Positions 14,230-27,399 of a stretch of DNA of 64,000 nt are shown piece after piece. The notes below the pieces were generated by a model. That model was not told the origin of the DNA. It did not search any database and saw only the letters and a list, made by a program, of their open reading frames with translations. How positions within the stretch are numbered: position 1 is the stretch's first letter; each line of letters starts with the position of its first letter. The position numbers and the translations under genes were made by a program. Origin of the DNA: Octopus sinensis (taxonomy: Eukaryota); the NCBI RefSeq assembly GCF_006345805.1, contig NC_042998.1, forward strand, positions 72,664,001-72,728,000. Reading direction: 5' to 3'.

Positions 14230-15920
14230 CAATATACATATTATAAGTACAGTTATGTCTATCAGGAGTTGATCCTTGGTACCACTTCACTTACGCTTGG
14301 AACCCTGTGGCATGTCTCCAGTTTTTTTCCCAGATGTCCATACATTGACTCTGCGAGTATTCCAATCAATAACTTCCACATAAGTGGAAATAGGGTATTG
14401 ATCTGTAATTGTCTACCGTATTGCCTTTTTCGATGTTTTTCAAGTACAGCACTGTCCTCCCTAATGTCAACTAATCTGGTGTTACTTGGTCGTCATTTAA
14501 CAAGATATTGAGTTGCGCAGCTATTCGTGCGTGACATTCACCAAATCATTTGATCCAGTAGCCTTGAACGCCATCTGGTCCCAGGGCCTTCTAGTTGCTG
14601 ATTTTTTGCTGGTTTCCTTCACTTCCCTAACTGAACTGACTAGTTCGCCTTGTTCTGAACAGACTACTGTTTGTTTCAGTTCTTGTAACTATTTTCTATT
14701 GTGATTCTTGTCTTTGCTCCATATGTCACTCCAAAACCTTTGACTTTCAATGTTATCAGATATCAACTTTTCATCTGTAGACTCTCCATTTATTTGTTTG
14801 CAGAATCTCTTCTAATCTACTCTGAATATCCTACTCTGGTGGCAACCCTTCATTCTTTGGTCGTATCTTACCATCTTTGCTTTCTTTGCAACGAGGCGCT
14901 GTTTCAGTTCCTCTATTACCACCCTTTCTTTCAATATTATACTTCCTTTTTAGCGCCCTGCATTTTTGTTCGTTTTTCAGCTCCCATTTCTCTTTTCGGT
15001 CTGATACAGAGATTTTCTTCGAGAGCATGTCTAACCCTGCCAGTACTTTTTTTTTCCACCATGGAACTTTTATTTTGTCACCCCTGTTATGATTCATTTA
15101 CTTGATATCAACACCTACGTTTTCTGCTACAACCATACTTGCTGACTTGATCAAATTATTTGTTTCTGTGATGTTGTTTTTTCTGATGTATGCCAGAATT
15201 TCATTGACATTTTTCTTTTCGTTGGTTCAATTTCTATAGATCATCCTTTTTATGGCTGCAAATAATGTCGCTATCGTTCTCCTGTCGTCTTGCCTTTTGT
15301 TCATCTGTCATGTAGACATTAGTTTTATTGTCTGCTTTTTGATCATCTCTATGTCTCTCATCAAGTAAACTACCGCTTCTACTTTCCTGTGCTACGGGAT
15401 TACTCTTATTATTAAAAACTGTATTTTCATCGTTATCTCTGCTGCTATTTTCCAAGATCTATCTTGTGATAGCTTCGAGCTCTACTTCTGTGAACCAACG
15501 ATTTTTTCTTATTGCTCTGTTCCGTGAGTTAAAACAATCCCATTTCTCTCCAATGATCATACATACCTGGTCGGTAAACCCTAATTTGAGCACCATCTTC
15601 ATCTACTCGGTTGCACAGATAGTAACACTCCATGACCACAGCATTAACTTGCTTGCTTCATCTACGCCGTGTGTGGTAGTCCCTTTCTGAATATCGACAG
15701 ACTAGAGCTGAACCAGAAACTCCGAGCCTACCGGGTGTACCTCTGTTACCGTCATTGGACTCAGTTTCATTACCACCGTTATTCACAATATTTTGTTTTT
15801 TCTTTGTCACTGATATGATGTATCGATTATCAGGTTGCGCAATTACTAGTGTTTTTTATTGTGACACCATCACTAGATGTATCATTAATCAGTCCATGGA
15901 GCGGCTCCACTCGTTTACTT
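14230..15920 (-). mobile_element. R4/Dong-type LINE, 5' portion (N-terminal region to start of RT), degenerate
   Basis: Minus-strand translation gives IRKNRWFTEVELEAI, PWWKKK..., KISN*KALGPDGVQGYWIK, PD*LTLGRTVL...NYR and TKDQLLID. Confidence 0.85.
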
Positions 15921-15922
15921 TC

Positions 15923-16010
15923 CTTATTATTATTATTATTATTATTATTGTTGTTATTGTTGTTGTTGCCGTTGTTGTTGTTGTTGTTGTTGTTGTTGCT
16001 GTTTTACTTA
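15923..16010. repeat. (ATT)n/(GTT)n microsatellite; (AAC)n(AAT)n tail of the upstream Dong 3' fragment
   Basis: Direct reading. It lies immediately 3' (minus strand) of the REL domain and 3' UTR. Confidence 0.9.
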
Positions 16011-16480
16011 TCAGAGCTCTCATTGATTCTGTGAGAGGGGCGAGCAACCTGTTGAAAAATTTCTCACAGTAGCTTTTTCCGCGTACTATAAGATATGATA
16101 CTTGGTTGTTAATTATTGTGGAAGTAATTCAAAATCCGACTAACAAACTCAAAATCCTAGCTATCCCCAGCAGAGCAGATTTTGGGCTTTCTCTGCTGTC
16201 ATGTGAATTCCGATTTCACTGACATATTTCTCGAACGCGGTTGTTAGTACTATGATTGACACTACAACTACTTCGATGACAGACACTCTGCTCTTAGCTT
16301 ACATTCTGGCAATTTCGTCTCTTAGTACACTGTACTTTTCAATATTTTCTTGTTCTTGGTCACTTATGCGTGCATCTCCAGATATTGCAATATCTATAAC
16401 CTTGGTTTTCTCTTTTACCCTCTTTACCACAACAACGTCTGGTTTCTCTTTGATATGTTTAAGTATTATAATTCTTTGTA
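16011..16480 (-). mobile_element. R4/Dong-type LINE 3' end (REL endonuclease + 3' UTR)
   Basis: KPDVVVVKRVKEKTKVIDIAISGDARISDQEQENIEKY...EIARM, followed by a QKSALLG...RIL-like C-terminus. Confidence 0.8.
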
Positions 16481-16764
16481 TAATTTTCGGATTTAAAAGT
16501 TGGCAATTTTTATTGCCGGTGAAGGGCTGAGTCTGCGCAGTAGAATTTGAAAAAAGTAGGATATATAAACGGGAGGCATATAGTTTGATTGCCTCGTTGT
16601 TTATAAATTTAACCCAAGGTGTAACTGTTGAGGACAATTTCACCTCGTGAGCAAAGATTATTTGCTTGCTAGACTAAAATCGGAAACCAATTGGTCCAGG
16701 AAACATGATAGTAAAATGCTTTTATTTTTCATTTCGTTCCTGTCGAATTTTCTCCCTAACTTTT

Positions 16765-16945
16765 GTGGTTATAGAACCTAGCTGTTCTTTCTAGCATGTT
16801 GAATTCCACGAGTAGATTCCTTATGTATTTAAATGTACACAATATATTATGACTAATTCATAGTCTTTTCGGACCAAATTTTCATACGTTAGGCCACTGG
16901 AAGTGAAAATGTTAATTAATTTTCCATTTCCCTTTCATATGTTTA
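16765..16945 (+). repeat. Dispersed repeat, copy 2 (of 1503-1700)
   Basis: Collinear similarity to 1503-1700. Its upstream ttttgtggtt matches the reverse complement of the hairpin loop at 1479-1487. Confidence 0.85.
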
Positions 16946-16946
16946 A

Positions 16947-16984
<38 letters not shown>

Positions 16985-16991
<7 letters not shown>

Positions 16992-17150
16992 AGTGCTGGT
17001 GGTTTTTTTTATATATTTGTCTGAGTATTGTTTTGTCATGCCTAATGCGCCCACTATGATAGAAAGTGTATGCTTTTAGACTCCACATTCGAGTTAACTC
17101 TATTTCCAGGTCATTTTATTTTGAAAGTTTCTCCATTCTTTCTGTTTTAA
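16985..17150 (-). mobile_element. R4/Dong REL fragment (same family as the 39-41 kb copy)
   Basis: The reverse complement aligns with ~41215-41370 (aaagaatggagaaact...ctcgaatgtgga...atcatagtgggcgcattaggcatga). Confidence 0.75.
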
Positions 17151-17454
17151 TTCAATAGTGTTGCCATAGCTTCCAGTGTATCTAGGTTCCAAATCTGTCG
17201 TAGAATTGATATCGTGTAGGGCACTTCATCCATCCTTAAGTCCTGATTCCAAATTCCACTGAGGTCGTCTTTTTCCCTTTCAAACATTCGGGTTAATAAA
17301 ACAAGTACAAGTGGAACACTGGAGTTGATGAAATCGTCTTACCCTCTCTGCCGAACTTGCATGCATTGCAGCAAAATTTGAAATCATTAACATTGTTTTG
17401 TTATTGTTTTTATTGCTGTTGTTATTGTTATTGTTGCTGTCGTTGCTGTCGCAT

Positions 17455-17700
17455 AATTTAGTATGGTGGTAGAATCGATACTACCCCGGACAAAATACTT
17501 AGCGGCATTTCATCTGACATTATGTTCTGCGCTAAAATTCCGCTGAGGAGAATCTTGTCCCTCATACTTTCGCGGTCGCTAAAATCACTAAGGTTAATGC
17601 CAGTTCTGTATGGGGTCAATTTAATCAACTGTCCTCTCCCGAATCGATTATATCATTTCAACACGAAATTTCAGGCCTTCTGTCTATAGTAGAAATAACT
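17455..17700 (+). mobile_element. Degenerate SINE (family A-related)
   Basis: ggtggtagaatcg...aaaatacttagcggcatttc...aaattccgctgagg...ggggtcaatttaatc, collinear with 19164-19396. Confidence 0.6.
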
Positions 17701-18020
17701 GATTTTGTTAGTCTTATACTGTGAAATTATTACAGGATGTTTTCAAAATAAAAGCAAGTACTCTTTATAGAAAAACAGCTTTCGAACTAGCTGTATGCCG
17801 GCCAGCTCCCACTCTATAGCACCATGTGCAAGCTTCTTCTACTGTACCATACAGACCCCACACATTTGTGAATGAAATAATATATTTTGAAATTTGGAGA
17901 AAAATCAACGTTTGAGTGTGCGCGTGCATGCATGTGCGCACGAGCGTTCGTGTGTATGTGCGTTTGTGGATGGATATGAATGTGCGTGTGCATGAGCCTG
18001 TCTGTGAGAATATATATATA

Positions 18021-18536
18021 TACTAGCAGTATCGCCCGGCGTTGCTCGGGTTTGTAAGGGAAATAACTATATAAGCATTTTTAGAGAGTTACTTCCTTTA
18101 TAGATGCCAATTCGGGCTTTCTTAGCCATTTCTGTTTTGGTGTCTTCAAGCCATGGAGTCGTTGTTCTAAAAGAACGCTGGTCTCCTTGACAACGCATTA
18201 CGACGTTGATTTCCTTAAACTCCCTTCCCCACAGCTTCACGAGGGAGGGAAGAAGGGGGAGAAGCAAACACAGGTGCAGGTGTGACAATGGACGCCAACT
18301 CCGCCACCATCGACACGGAAAATTATGCATTAAAATGGAATAAAAAATGTTGTTAAATTATTTTTAAAATCGTAGACTCATCGTAGACGCGCGCTAATAG
18401 CCAGACGGGCTCGATATTAATCACGACTATAAGATACCCGAATTTGGTTAAACTGCACCGCAAAATGTGGGAGGAGTTAGGAATCTAAATCGTAGGAGAC
18501 AGACACTCACACAACTACAGTTTTATATATAGAGAT
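18021..18536 (+). mobile_element. Non-autonomous Helitron-like (Lep1/HINE-style) element
   Basis: Starts TACTAGCAG with a subterminal hairpin (cccggc-gtt-gctcggg) and ends gacagac...ttttatatatagagat, inserted in (TA)n. No TIR pair and no ORF. Confidence 0.6.
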
Positions 18537-19163
18537 ATAAAACACGAAAGGAACAACAGCTACCACCACACAACATGACGGATAAAGACAGAGGTGAGAA
18601 AAAAAATAAACATACAGAAGCAGTGTAATACACACACAGTTAACCAGTATACATATATTTATGATAAATATAGGAAATAGACTGGAATAGGAAAACACAC
18701 ACAAACAAAAAGATAAAAGCTCTATAAAGGCCACGGATACTGACAAGATAGTAAGGAAACCCATATACACGCACAAACACATATACATAAACTTTACAAC
18801 TGCCGCAACAACACCAGCAACGTAACCAACAGCAACAACAACAGCAACAAAAACAGCAACAATGACAACTACCACGATGGCTGAAGCTTGGGTGAACTCA
18901 ATCACAGAGATACAGGGGTGGTACAAAAAAAGGGGTCACGGGCAGCAACAGCGGCAACGGGGGAGGGCAGGCTTATAGTGCTACTAAGAACTATAATACA
19001 CACACATGTAGACACACACACACGCACAGAAATACAGACGCAAAGGCATGAGCATGTAAAGATGCACATCATAGAAGAACAGAATGAATTAAGCGGAGCA
19101 GGAGCACAAACGAGGACAGAAAGTGTCGCTGATGAGGCCATACATGTGTGACGAAAGATTTAA

Positions 19164-19396
19164 GGCGGTGAGCTGGCAGAAACGTTAGCACGCCGGGCGA
19201 AATGCTTAGTGGTATTTCGTCTGCCGCTACGCTCTGAGTTCAAATTCCGCCGAGGTCGACTTTGTCTTTCATCCTTTCGGGGTCGATTAAATAAGTAGCA
19301 GTTACGCACTGAGATCGATATAATCGACTTAATCCGTTTGTCTGTCCTTGTTTGTCCTCTCTGTGTTTAGCCCCTTGTGGGTAGTAAAGAAATAGA
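19164..19396 (+). mobile_element. tRNA-derived SINE family A, near full length
   Basis: tRNA-like head with A-box-like tggcagaaacgttagc and B-box-like gagttcaaattcc. Central ctttcatcctttcggggtcgat. Copies at 37755, 46188, 25385 and 29020. Confidence 0.9.
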
Positions 19397-19610
19397 AAGA
19401 TTTACGGACAGTGGACAGGAGTTAAGTTAAGAACAGTAATAAATGAGTGAAGAACGAATATATAGTGCATGTGTTTATTTAGCAACACGAAAAAAAGTGA
19501 CCGTCCCGAAATACAACATATACATACATACACTCATACACACACACACACACACACAAACACACATATATATACATGTATGTATGTATGTATATATATA
19601 TATATGCATG

Positions 19611-19666
<56 letters not shown>

Positions 19667-20964
19667 TATATATATACATGCGTGTGTGTGCGCGCGCTCA
19701 TTGCGTTTGTGTTGGGCTTGTGCATATGTCTGAGGTAGAAATCGCATTTTCGACCACATAATATCGAAGTTATATCGTAAATATAGGATTGACATAATAA
19801 GTACCTGATAACAATATATATGGGGTTTCACATGTTCGACTCAGTAGGAAGCGATACAGCATGGCCGCGGTCCAATAAGTGAATTCAGTAGAATAATACC
19901 GGAAGAAAAGAAATATCATCATAATGCATTGTCGTGCAGTTTATCGATCGTTTATTTTATGGTTATGCTTTTCCATCAACACCACTACCACCGACTCTAT
20001 TCTCTCCGACATCACCGTCATTTTAATCATCATCGTTGTCGTCATATTCGTTGTCGTCGTCGTCATCATCGTCATCATAATCATCATCATCAGCATCACT
20101 CTCATCGCCATAATCATCATGTACTTATTGTATGGCGCTCTGCTTTATCTTTAATATAGCTATTATCGTCATATCTAGAGAATCCTCTCGGCGGTGCCTC
20201 ATTCCTCCTTTCAACTTTCATATTTCACTGACTTTTACTCGATGAAAGAAGAGAAATATGTCGAACTCGTAAGAAATGGTATAGAAAATGTAGACTGGAG
20301 CGGAAGGTTTACACAGCGTAACTCTCACGCTTCGTCGAACAAGCATTCCTACATCGGCTGCTAAGTCGAATTTTAAGAAAGCTTGGCTATTAAGAAATAT
20401 GATGGTGGAAAATTTAAGTTTAGCAGACTGTATAATAATCAAACTGTAACTTCGACATCTCCTTACTTTCTGATTCAGTATCTCTTTTGGGTTATCTATG
20501 GCGTACTTAACAGTCGAAGATAAAATTAATCGCAAAACAAAATAACGCTGCTTTAAATTCCGTATAGAATATTTTGCATCTCAGCTTACAGACAAAATAC
20601 CTATAGATCTTATTGGTGATTTTGATTTCTATTTATTCCTTTCTTTTCACGTAGATATTTTGATTTACTTCTTTTATTTTCTCCGTCTTTATACATATCT
20701 ATATATTTACCCACTTCTATCTATCCGTATAGATAAATAAAGAGCTAGAGAGATAAATAGCTTGATAGATAGATAGATAGATAGATAGGTTGAGAGATAC
20801 ATAGACAGATAGATAAATGTTGTGTGTGTATATATATATATATATATATACACACACATACACATACATACGTGCATATATAAACAGACAATTGTGTATG
20901 GATACATTCATGTCTGCGTTCATAGAGACATATACACACATTTATTTATATATCTTGTATATAT

Positions 20965-21022
<58 letters not shown>

Positions 21023-21675
21023 CATATATATACTTCTCGCAGGAGTTATCCATTCACATTTTTCTGAAGACTAATGAACGTACGAGCGGGCAACTACTGT
21101 ACGATGATTTGTGATGAGGAGAAATTTTCTTTACCGTCAACTGTGTATCGATTACGATATGACTGAGTAAATAGGCGATACTAGACTTGTATATCACCAT
21201 GACAACCATCACTGTGGCGTTGCTGCTTCTTTCTTATTTTATCACGCCACACTGCATAAAGATGCTACCGAAAAGAAAAAGAAATATATTGAATCTATAG
21301 TTTATATTTTGTTATTTTGTTCGATTCTTCTGATTCACTCTTTCACTCACTGGGTATTTTAACATTATTATCGTTAATAACATAGGTATTTCTTTCTATA
21401 GTGTGAAAACATCGCGAAATGTTATTTACATTGACGTCGCTTTTCAGTTTCAGGATAAATTTTTGGTAAAAGAAATATATTTAGTAAAAAAAAACAAAAA
21501 GATATTGATGGAAACTTTAATATTTCACATAAGATTACGCTACTTGTTATATTTCTGATGAAGTTAAGTAATATATTTTTAAAATTGAATATTCAAAAAA
21601 CAATTTACTATAACAACGCACATTTACTCACATATATTTAAATGTAATAAGTACATATATATATATGTGTATATA

Positions 21676-21719
<44 letters not shown>

Positions 21720-21952
21720 AATATATGCATATATACATACATATATGTACATACCCATATATGTATGTATATATACACATGTATATATGGGTACAGGACA
21801 AAAAAAGGCGTCGAACTCAATGAGAAATCAAAACATAAAATCAAAAACATAGAAACGAACTTTTTTTCGAACAACGAAAAAAAACCAGAGAAACGATACT
21901 TACAACATAAAGAATATTCCCCTTCTTCAGTTGTCCCTGGTTCATATACACC

Positions 21953-21992
<40 letters not shown>

Positions 21993-22168
21993 CAACAATT
22001 GAGGGTTTTTTCCCCCATACCTTTGTGAGTTGGTTTGAGCAAACACTATCTGAGAGAGATTTTCTTTAAGTATTAGAAATAGCTAAAGAAATTTCTTTAG
22101 CTGCTATTTCTAATGAGTTCAGTATGTGGCAAAGTAATTTATTTTACTAAGCCCTTATATATAATATA

Positions 22169-22340
<172 letters not shown>

Positions 22341-22342
22341 AA

Positions 22343-23035
22343 ATATGCTTCTTTATTAGCCACACAGGGCTGCACACAGACGGGACAGATTACAAAATAG
22401 AGCTTTTCTTTTTGGGGAGAAAAGAAAAAAAATGGGGTAGGTTTTCGATCAAAAGGGATCGTAAAAGGGGAATAAAAAAATCAATAGGTATCGTGTATCA
22501 CAGAAATGTCATGATGTAAAGTGTAAAGGAGAAGCAGATAAAGTTTATCCGTGGAAAGAAAAGCCTACAGAAAAGACTATGGCAACCTCGGTCAATAATG
22601 TCTCATGTTAACACATTTGTTTGCAAGTAAGTAACCCTCTGTTTTAATCATACGTGCCATCCTTGCTACATTCACACATATTTTTTTGAAACATTCGCTA
22701 AACAAAACTTGCCTCTCTACTCTCACTTTCCTTTTCAAGTGATACTTGAAGAAGTTGATGAGAGATTGATCAGAGAGGAAAGTGTTGTCTCCAATACGTT
22801 CAGACGCGTCCACCAGATACATTATTTTGCCATAGCCACAAGAATGACGAAAATAGCTCATCCTTCCCGTTTGAAGGTAGAAGGCGTGAGAATATTGACG
22901 ATAGACTCGGCTGATAAACCGGCTCGTCCCGCACGTGACAGCTGTTGTTCGATATAAGCCCACAGGTCGGAAATTGTTGGACACTGCACGAGTGCGTGCA
23001 GGACGGTTTCGTCGCTCTGACCGCATCTCGGTATG
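22343..23035 (-). mobile_element. 5'-truncated L1/Tx1-like LINE 3' end (CCHC knuckle, ORF2 C-terminus, 3' UTR)
   Basis: [17 protein letters not shown] (CCHC-type, first Cys lost), LVAMAK*CIWWTR and FFKYHLKRKVRVER. AATAAA is followed by (ATCT)n on the minus strand. Confidence 0.75.
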
Positions 23036-23063
23036 TGTATAATATATATATATATATATATAT

Positions 23064-23096
<33 letters not shown>

Positions 23097-23125
23097 TATA
23101 TATATAGATATATATATAATATATA

Positions 23126-23198
<73 letters not shown>

Positions 23199-23201
23199 TA
23201 G

Positions 23202-23242
<41 letters not shown>

Positions 23243-23269
23243 TATAGATAGACAGACAGACAGACAGAC

Positions 23270-23349
<80 letters not shown>

Positions 23350-23383
23350 GTGTACGTATATATATGTATGCATACATCTATGT

Positions 23384-23515
23384 ATGTGGTAAGAATTTTG
23401 CTTCCGAAACATGCTTCTCGATTCAGTTCCACTCAGTGCGTCGGGCCGATCTTGAGTGAATTTGGTAGAAGCAAACTGTCAGTTAATTTGGTAGAAGCAA
23501 ACTGAAAGAAGCCCA
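23384..23515 (+). mobile_element. Internally deleted SINE family B with a 20-bp internal duplication
   Basis: tgtggtaagaatttt...tcagttccact...gggccga...gagtgaatttggtaga. The 20-mer aatttggtagaagcaaactg occurs at 23459 and 23485. Confidence 0.7.
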
Positions 23516-23566
23516 TCTATCTATCTATCTATTTATATATCTTTCTATCTATCTGTATATATATGT

Positions 23567-23620
23567 GTGTGAGTGTGCCTTTGCGTGTGAGTGTGCCTTT
23601 GCGTGTGAGTGTGCCTTTGC
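23567..23620. repeat. 18-bp tandem repeat x3 (gtgtgagtgtgcctttgc)
   Basis: Direct reading. Confidence 0.9.
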
Positions 23621-23714
23621 GTGTGTGTGTGTGCGTAATATCGATTGACGCATATACCTATGCATAAAGCTAGGTATATAAACCAAAGCTAGTGAGTCCC
23701 ACACACACAGAAGG

Positions 23715-23761
<47 letters not shown>

Positions 23762-23845
23762 GGAGGGAGAGAGAGAGAGACAGACAGAGAGACAGAGAGA
23801 GAGGGAGAGAGAAAGAGAGCGAGAGAGACAGACAGACAGAGAATC

Positions 23846-23885
<40 letters not shown>

Positions 23886-24504
23886 AAGCAACAGACATAA
23901 AGTGAATCATACATAAATATTACGTTTATGTATTTGCTTAGCAATATTCCTGATGTGAAATCGTGATTTGAAAGAAAAATTGTTATATATATATATAGAA
24001 GTGCTTATTTCATTTTAGTATTATTCTTATTATTATCATTTTTCTCCCCCAAAGAAAATGGACTAAACATGACAGGAGGAGATATGGGGGATAGAGGGTC
24101 GCTGAAAACATCACAGGATGTGTAACAAAATATTTCAGATAAATGACACTAAAATAAGATCAATTATAAAGATGAAGAGAAGGACGTGTATATAGTGCGT
24201 GTGTTTATTTGTCCCACTTACGCCCCCCACCCCCCAAAAATGCCATCACTAAATATAACAATATATATATATATATATACATAGATAGAAAAATATAGTA
24301 GCAAAATTTCCTATTCATAAGTTCAATATTATAGTCATCATCGAGCCATTTAAACCGTTGCTATTTGCTGTTAACCAGCTTAACTATATTTTACACACAC
24401 ATACACACACTTAATAACACATGCACGTACATACTCACACACAATATTCTGTGTCCTTGGATGCTGTACCTGTAAAAACCACTGCGCATTTGTGAAAATG
24501 AATC

Positions 24505-24880
24505 TAGGTGTGGCTGCGAGGTAAGAAGTTTGCTCCGAAGCACATGATTCCAGGTTCAGTTCCACAGTATGGCAACTTGGGCAAGGGCATTCAACTATAG
24601 CCTCGGGCTGTCGAAAGTGGATTTGATAGACGGAAAATAAATGAAGCCCATCTTGCATATGCGTGTGTGTGCTTTTGACCATCACCACTGCATTGACAAC
24701 CGTTGTTGTTTTTTTTAACATCGTCGAAAGGTAGCGACTCAGAAAAAGCAACCGACAGAATACGTGATTGCTAAAAAACAAGATAAGTACCGGGGTCGAT
24801 TAGTTCAACTAAAATCCTTCAAGGCAATGCTTCAGCATAACTGTAGCCTAACGACTCGAGTAGTTGACTGAAAGAAGATA
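24505..24880 (+). mobile_element. Degenerate SINE family B
   Basis: ggtgtggctgcgaggtaag...ggttcagttccac...cttgggcaag...ctatagcctcgggc...gtggatttgatagacggaaa...ggggtcgattagttcaactaa. Confidence 0.75.
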
Positions 24881-25312
24881 GAAGGTATGAATTTAAGCCA
24901 AAATATACGCATAATTGCAGCTGCTGTTAACGAAAAGCACTTTTGATGTAATTGACCGAGTGCTTATATTTAACAACAGTATTTCAAACCCAGGCATTTA
25001 ATACAAGAATAGCTACTATTCAAATATATTTCATAGACATTTTCTTTTACTAACAATAATTCTTAATCTCCAAATATGATCCCAGAAATGAAATTACGCC
25101 GTTAATTACGGTTCCGTTTTCTTTGTAGATACATTATATTTCCTAGTCAAGAAGTGTGTCCATTTCTCTGTCCGAAGATCCGGACTATATTCCTGTAAAA
25201 TAGCATAATACAAGGGCCAAGCAGTAGAAGTAAAACTGATGAAAGATTAATCATTTCACCCGAGTAAAGTAACGCTTATTCCAGTAAATCTCCACAAATT
25301 ATCATCTTCTAC

Positions 25313-25363
<51 letters not shown>

Positions 25364-25384
25364 TGCGTCTGTGTGTGTGTGTGT

Positions 25385-25550
25385 GCACGTGTGTTGGTCT
25401 TTACGTTCTGAATTCACATTCTGCCGAGATGGACTCTGTTTCTCATCATTTCACAAGTCAATAAAATATATACTATTTGAGTACTGGGGTCGATGTCATA
25501 AACTTACTCCCACCATGCAATTGCTGGCCTTGTGTCAAAATTTAAAACCG
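25385..25550 (+). mobile_element. Degenerate SINE family A fragment
   Basis: ttacgttctgaattcacattctgccgag...gtactggggtcgatgt...ttgctggccttgtg. Confidence 0.6.
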
Positions 25551-26015
25551 TGGTAGAAATGACGTGTTTAAAGTCTCGTGCAGCTGAGAGATATTTATCC
25601 GAAACCAGCTTTTTCTTTCATTAAGGAAAACTACAAACATCATTAACTTCTCTTTGACAACAAAATAAGCTGCTGACAGTTTTCTTTCCGCAATATTTTA
25701 TCAAGAAAATGCTTAAAGAATTCTAGAGTAAATAGGGACGTCTTTCGTTATCTCTCACTGTGTCTCTATCTATCTATCTCTCGTAATATCTATGTATTTT
25801 TCACTTCGCCTATTTACTCGTCATTATATCTCATCATATCTTTGTATTTATTCACACTGCCTTTTTAACCGTCTCTGTATCACATCATATCTCTATATCT
25901 GTTCACTTCATCTAGTTAACCGTCTTATCTAAATTACTCAGAAATCTATCTCCTTTCACACATATACTCACACATAGTGATATATAGATATATCGCTGAT
26001 ATAGGCGCACAACAC

Positions 26016-26051
<36 letters not shown>

Positions 26052-26197
26052 ACACACATGCACACACACGCACACTCGTATATGTGTGTGTGTGTATGTG
26101 ATTAGTTGAAATTTACAGAAAAACAAAACACGAAAATGGGTATGCAGGTTGAAATTAATGCATGTGTGTGTATTATATATTCAAACATGTATGTGTT

Positions 26198-26232
<35 letters not shown>

Positions 26233-26479
26233 CTAAACATGTTTGTATACATGTACAAACTAGGGCTATACGTATAGTCTGCATGCAAGTCTATTTGTGT
26301 CCGAACTAAATTTGACAAGTCTTTTCCATCTGCCAGGAGGTGCTTGATGTATTGATGGACAGTCAACGGCGTTAGAGAGCATATAGATTGCAGCTGAATT
26401 TAAGTCAATGTTAGCTGTCGTGGAGAGCTAGTCGTCATCTGCATATTGGTTAAAGAGTTTCTTGCATCATGATGATAGC

Positions 26480-26660
26480 GAAGGGTATAAAAGAAAACCT
26501 ACGCCATGAACGCTGCGCAATACTCAGTAAACATCGTGAAGTATGCAAAACTTCCAACTGAAAATCTTCCCATGGACACAGTGAGGATTCTATGTGCCAG
26601 ATTCCCCAGCTATCTTAAATCCGTGGTGGAACCTGATGGCCGCTGCGTTGAGTAATCTCA
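26480..26660 (+). mobile_element. Possible Tc1/mariner-superfamily transposase C-terminal relic
   Basis: Translation PMDTVRILCARFPSYLKSVVEPDGRCVE* resembles the ...F..RL.AVV.A.G..IE* ending of these transposases. Confidence 0.4.
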
Positions 26661-26870
26661 TCTCTCCAAACCATAATTTTGTTGATATGTTTTTTTCATT
26701 TTTTATATCATTTTATGTTTTTTTATATGATCTTGTATTTTCTTTTATTTATGTGCAGACAGTCGAAATTAGTCTGAACAATCTGTATGTACGTTTATCT
26801 ACCTATGTTTTATATTTCATTACATACAAACACACAACCACGCAAAAGCACACACAGAACCATATGTGTG

Positions 26871-26969
26871 GGTGCAAAGTGTCACCCTCCAGGTGTAGAG
26901 TATCACGAATAAACGGCGAATGCAGCGACACTCTACCTCCCCACATGCATCCATACTACTACTATTACT

Positions 26970-27021
<52 letters not shown>

Positions 27022-27025
27022 AACA

Positions 27026-27060
<35 letters not shown>

Positions 27061-27156
27061 TACTACTACTACGACTACCAGTATCCATCACATATATGCG
27101 AATTCTTAAGTCAACAATATAACATTGTGTTTTCCAACACTAGAAACAAAATTGTA
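26871..27156 (+). repeat. Direct repeat copy 1 with internal (TAC)n
   Basis: ggtgcaaagtgtcaccctccaggtgtag...tgcagcgacactct...(tac)n...taccagtatccatcacatat...aaacaaaattgta, shared with 28423-28688. Confidence 0.9.
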
Positions 27157-27399
27157 TGCGGCTTATGTTTATACGTATATATATGTGTGTATGTGTGTCA
27201 GTGTGTGTGTGTGTTTGCCTGTATATATAAATATGTCAATGCATCTATGTGCGAAACATATCTATTCTCGTGATTTTGTTTTCAAGCGTAAGTCTAACTG
27301 CACATGATGCTAACATGTTGAGCAATGAACTTTTATCCCAAGATATCAGTTGTCCTAACTTGAGCTGGCCTGATGGTTATGTTCAAACAGGAACCATAC

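Noticed and set aside
19164-19260. tRNA-like sequences with A/B boxes (also 11963, 46188, 57650-57716)
   Set aside because: They are SINE heads continuing into shared SINE bodies, with no complete cloverleaf.
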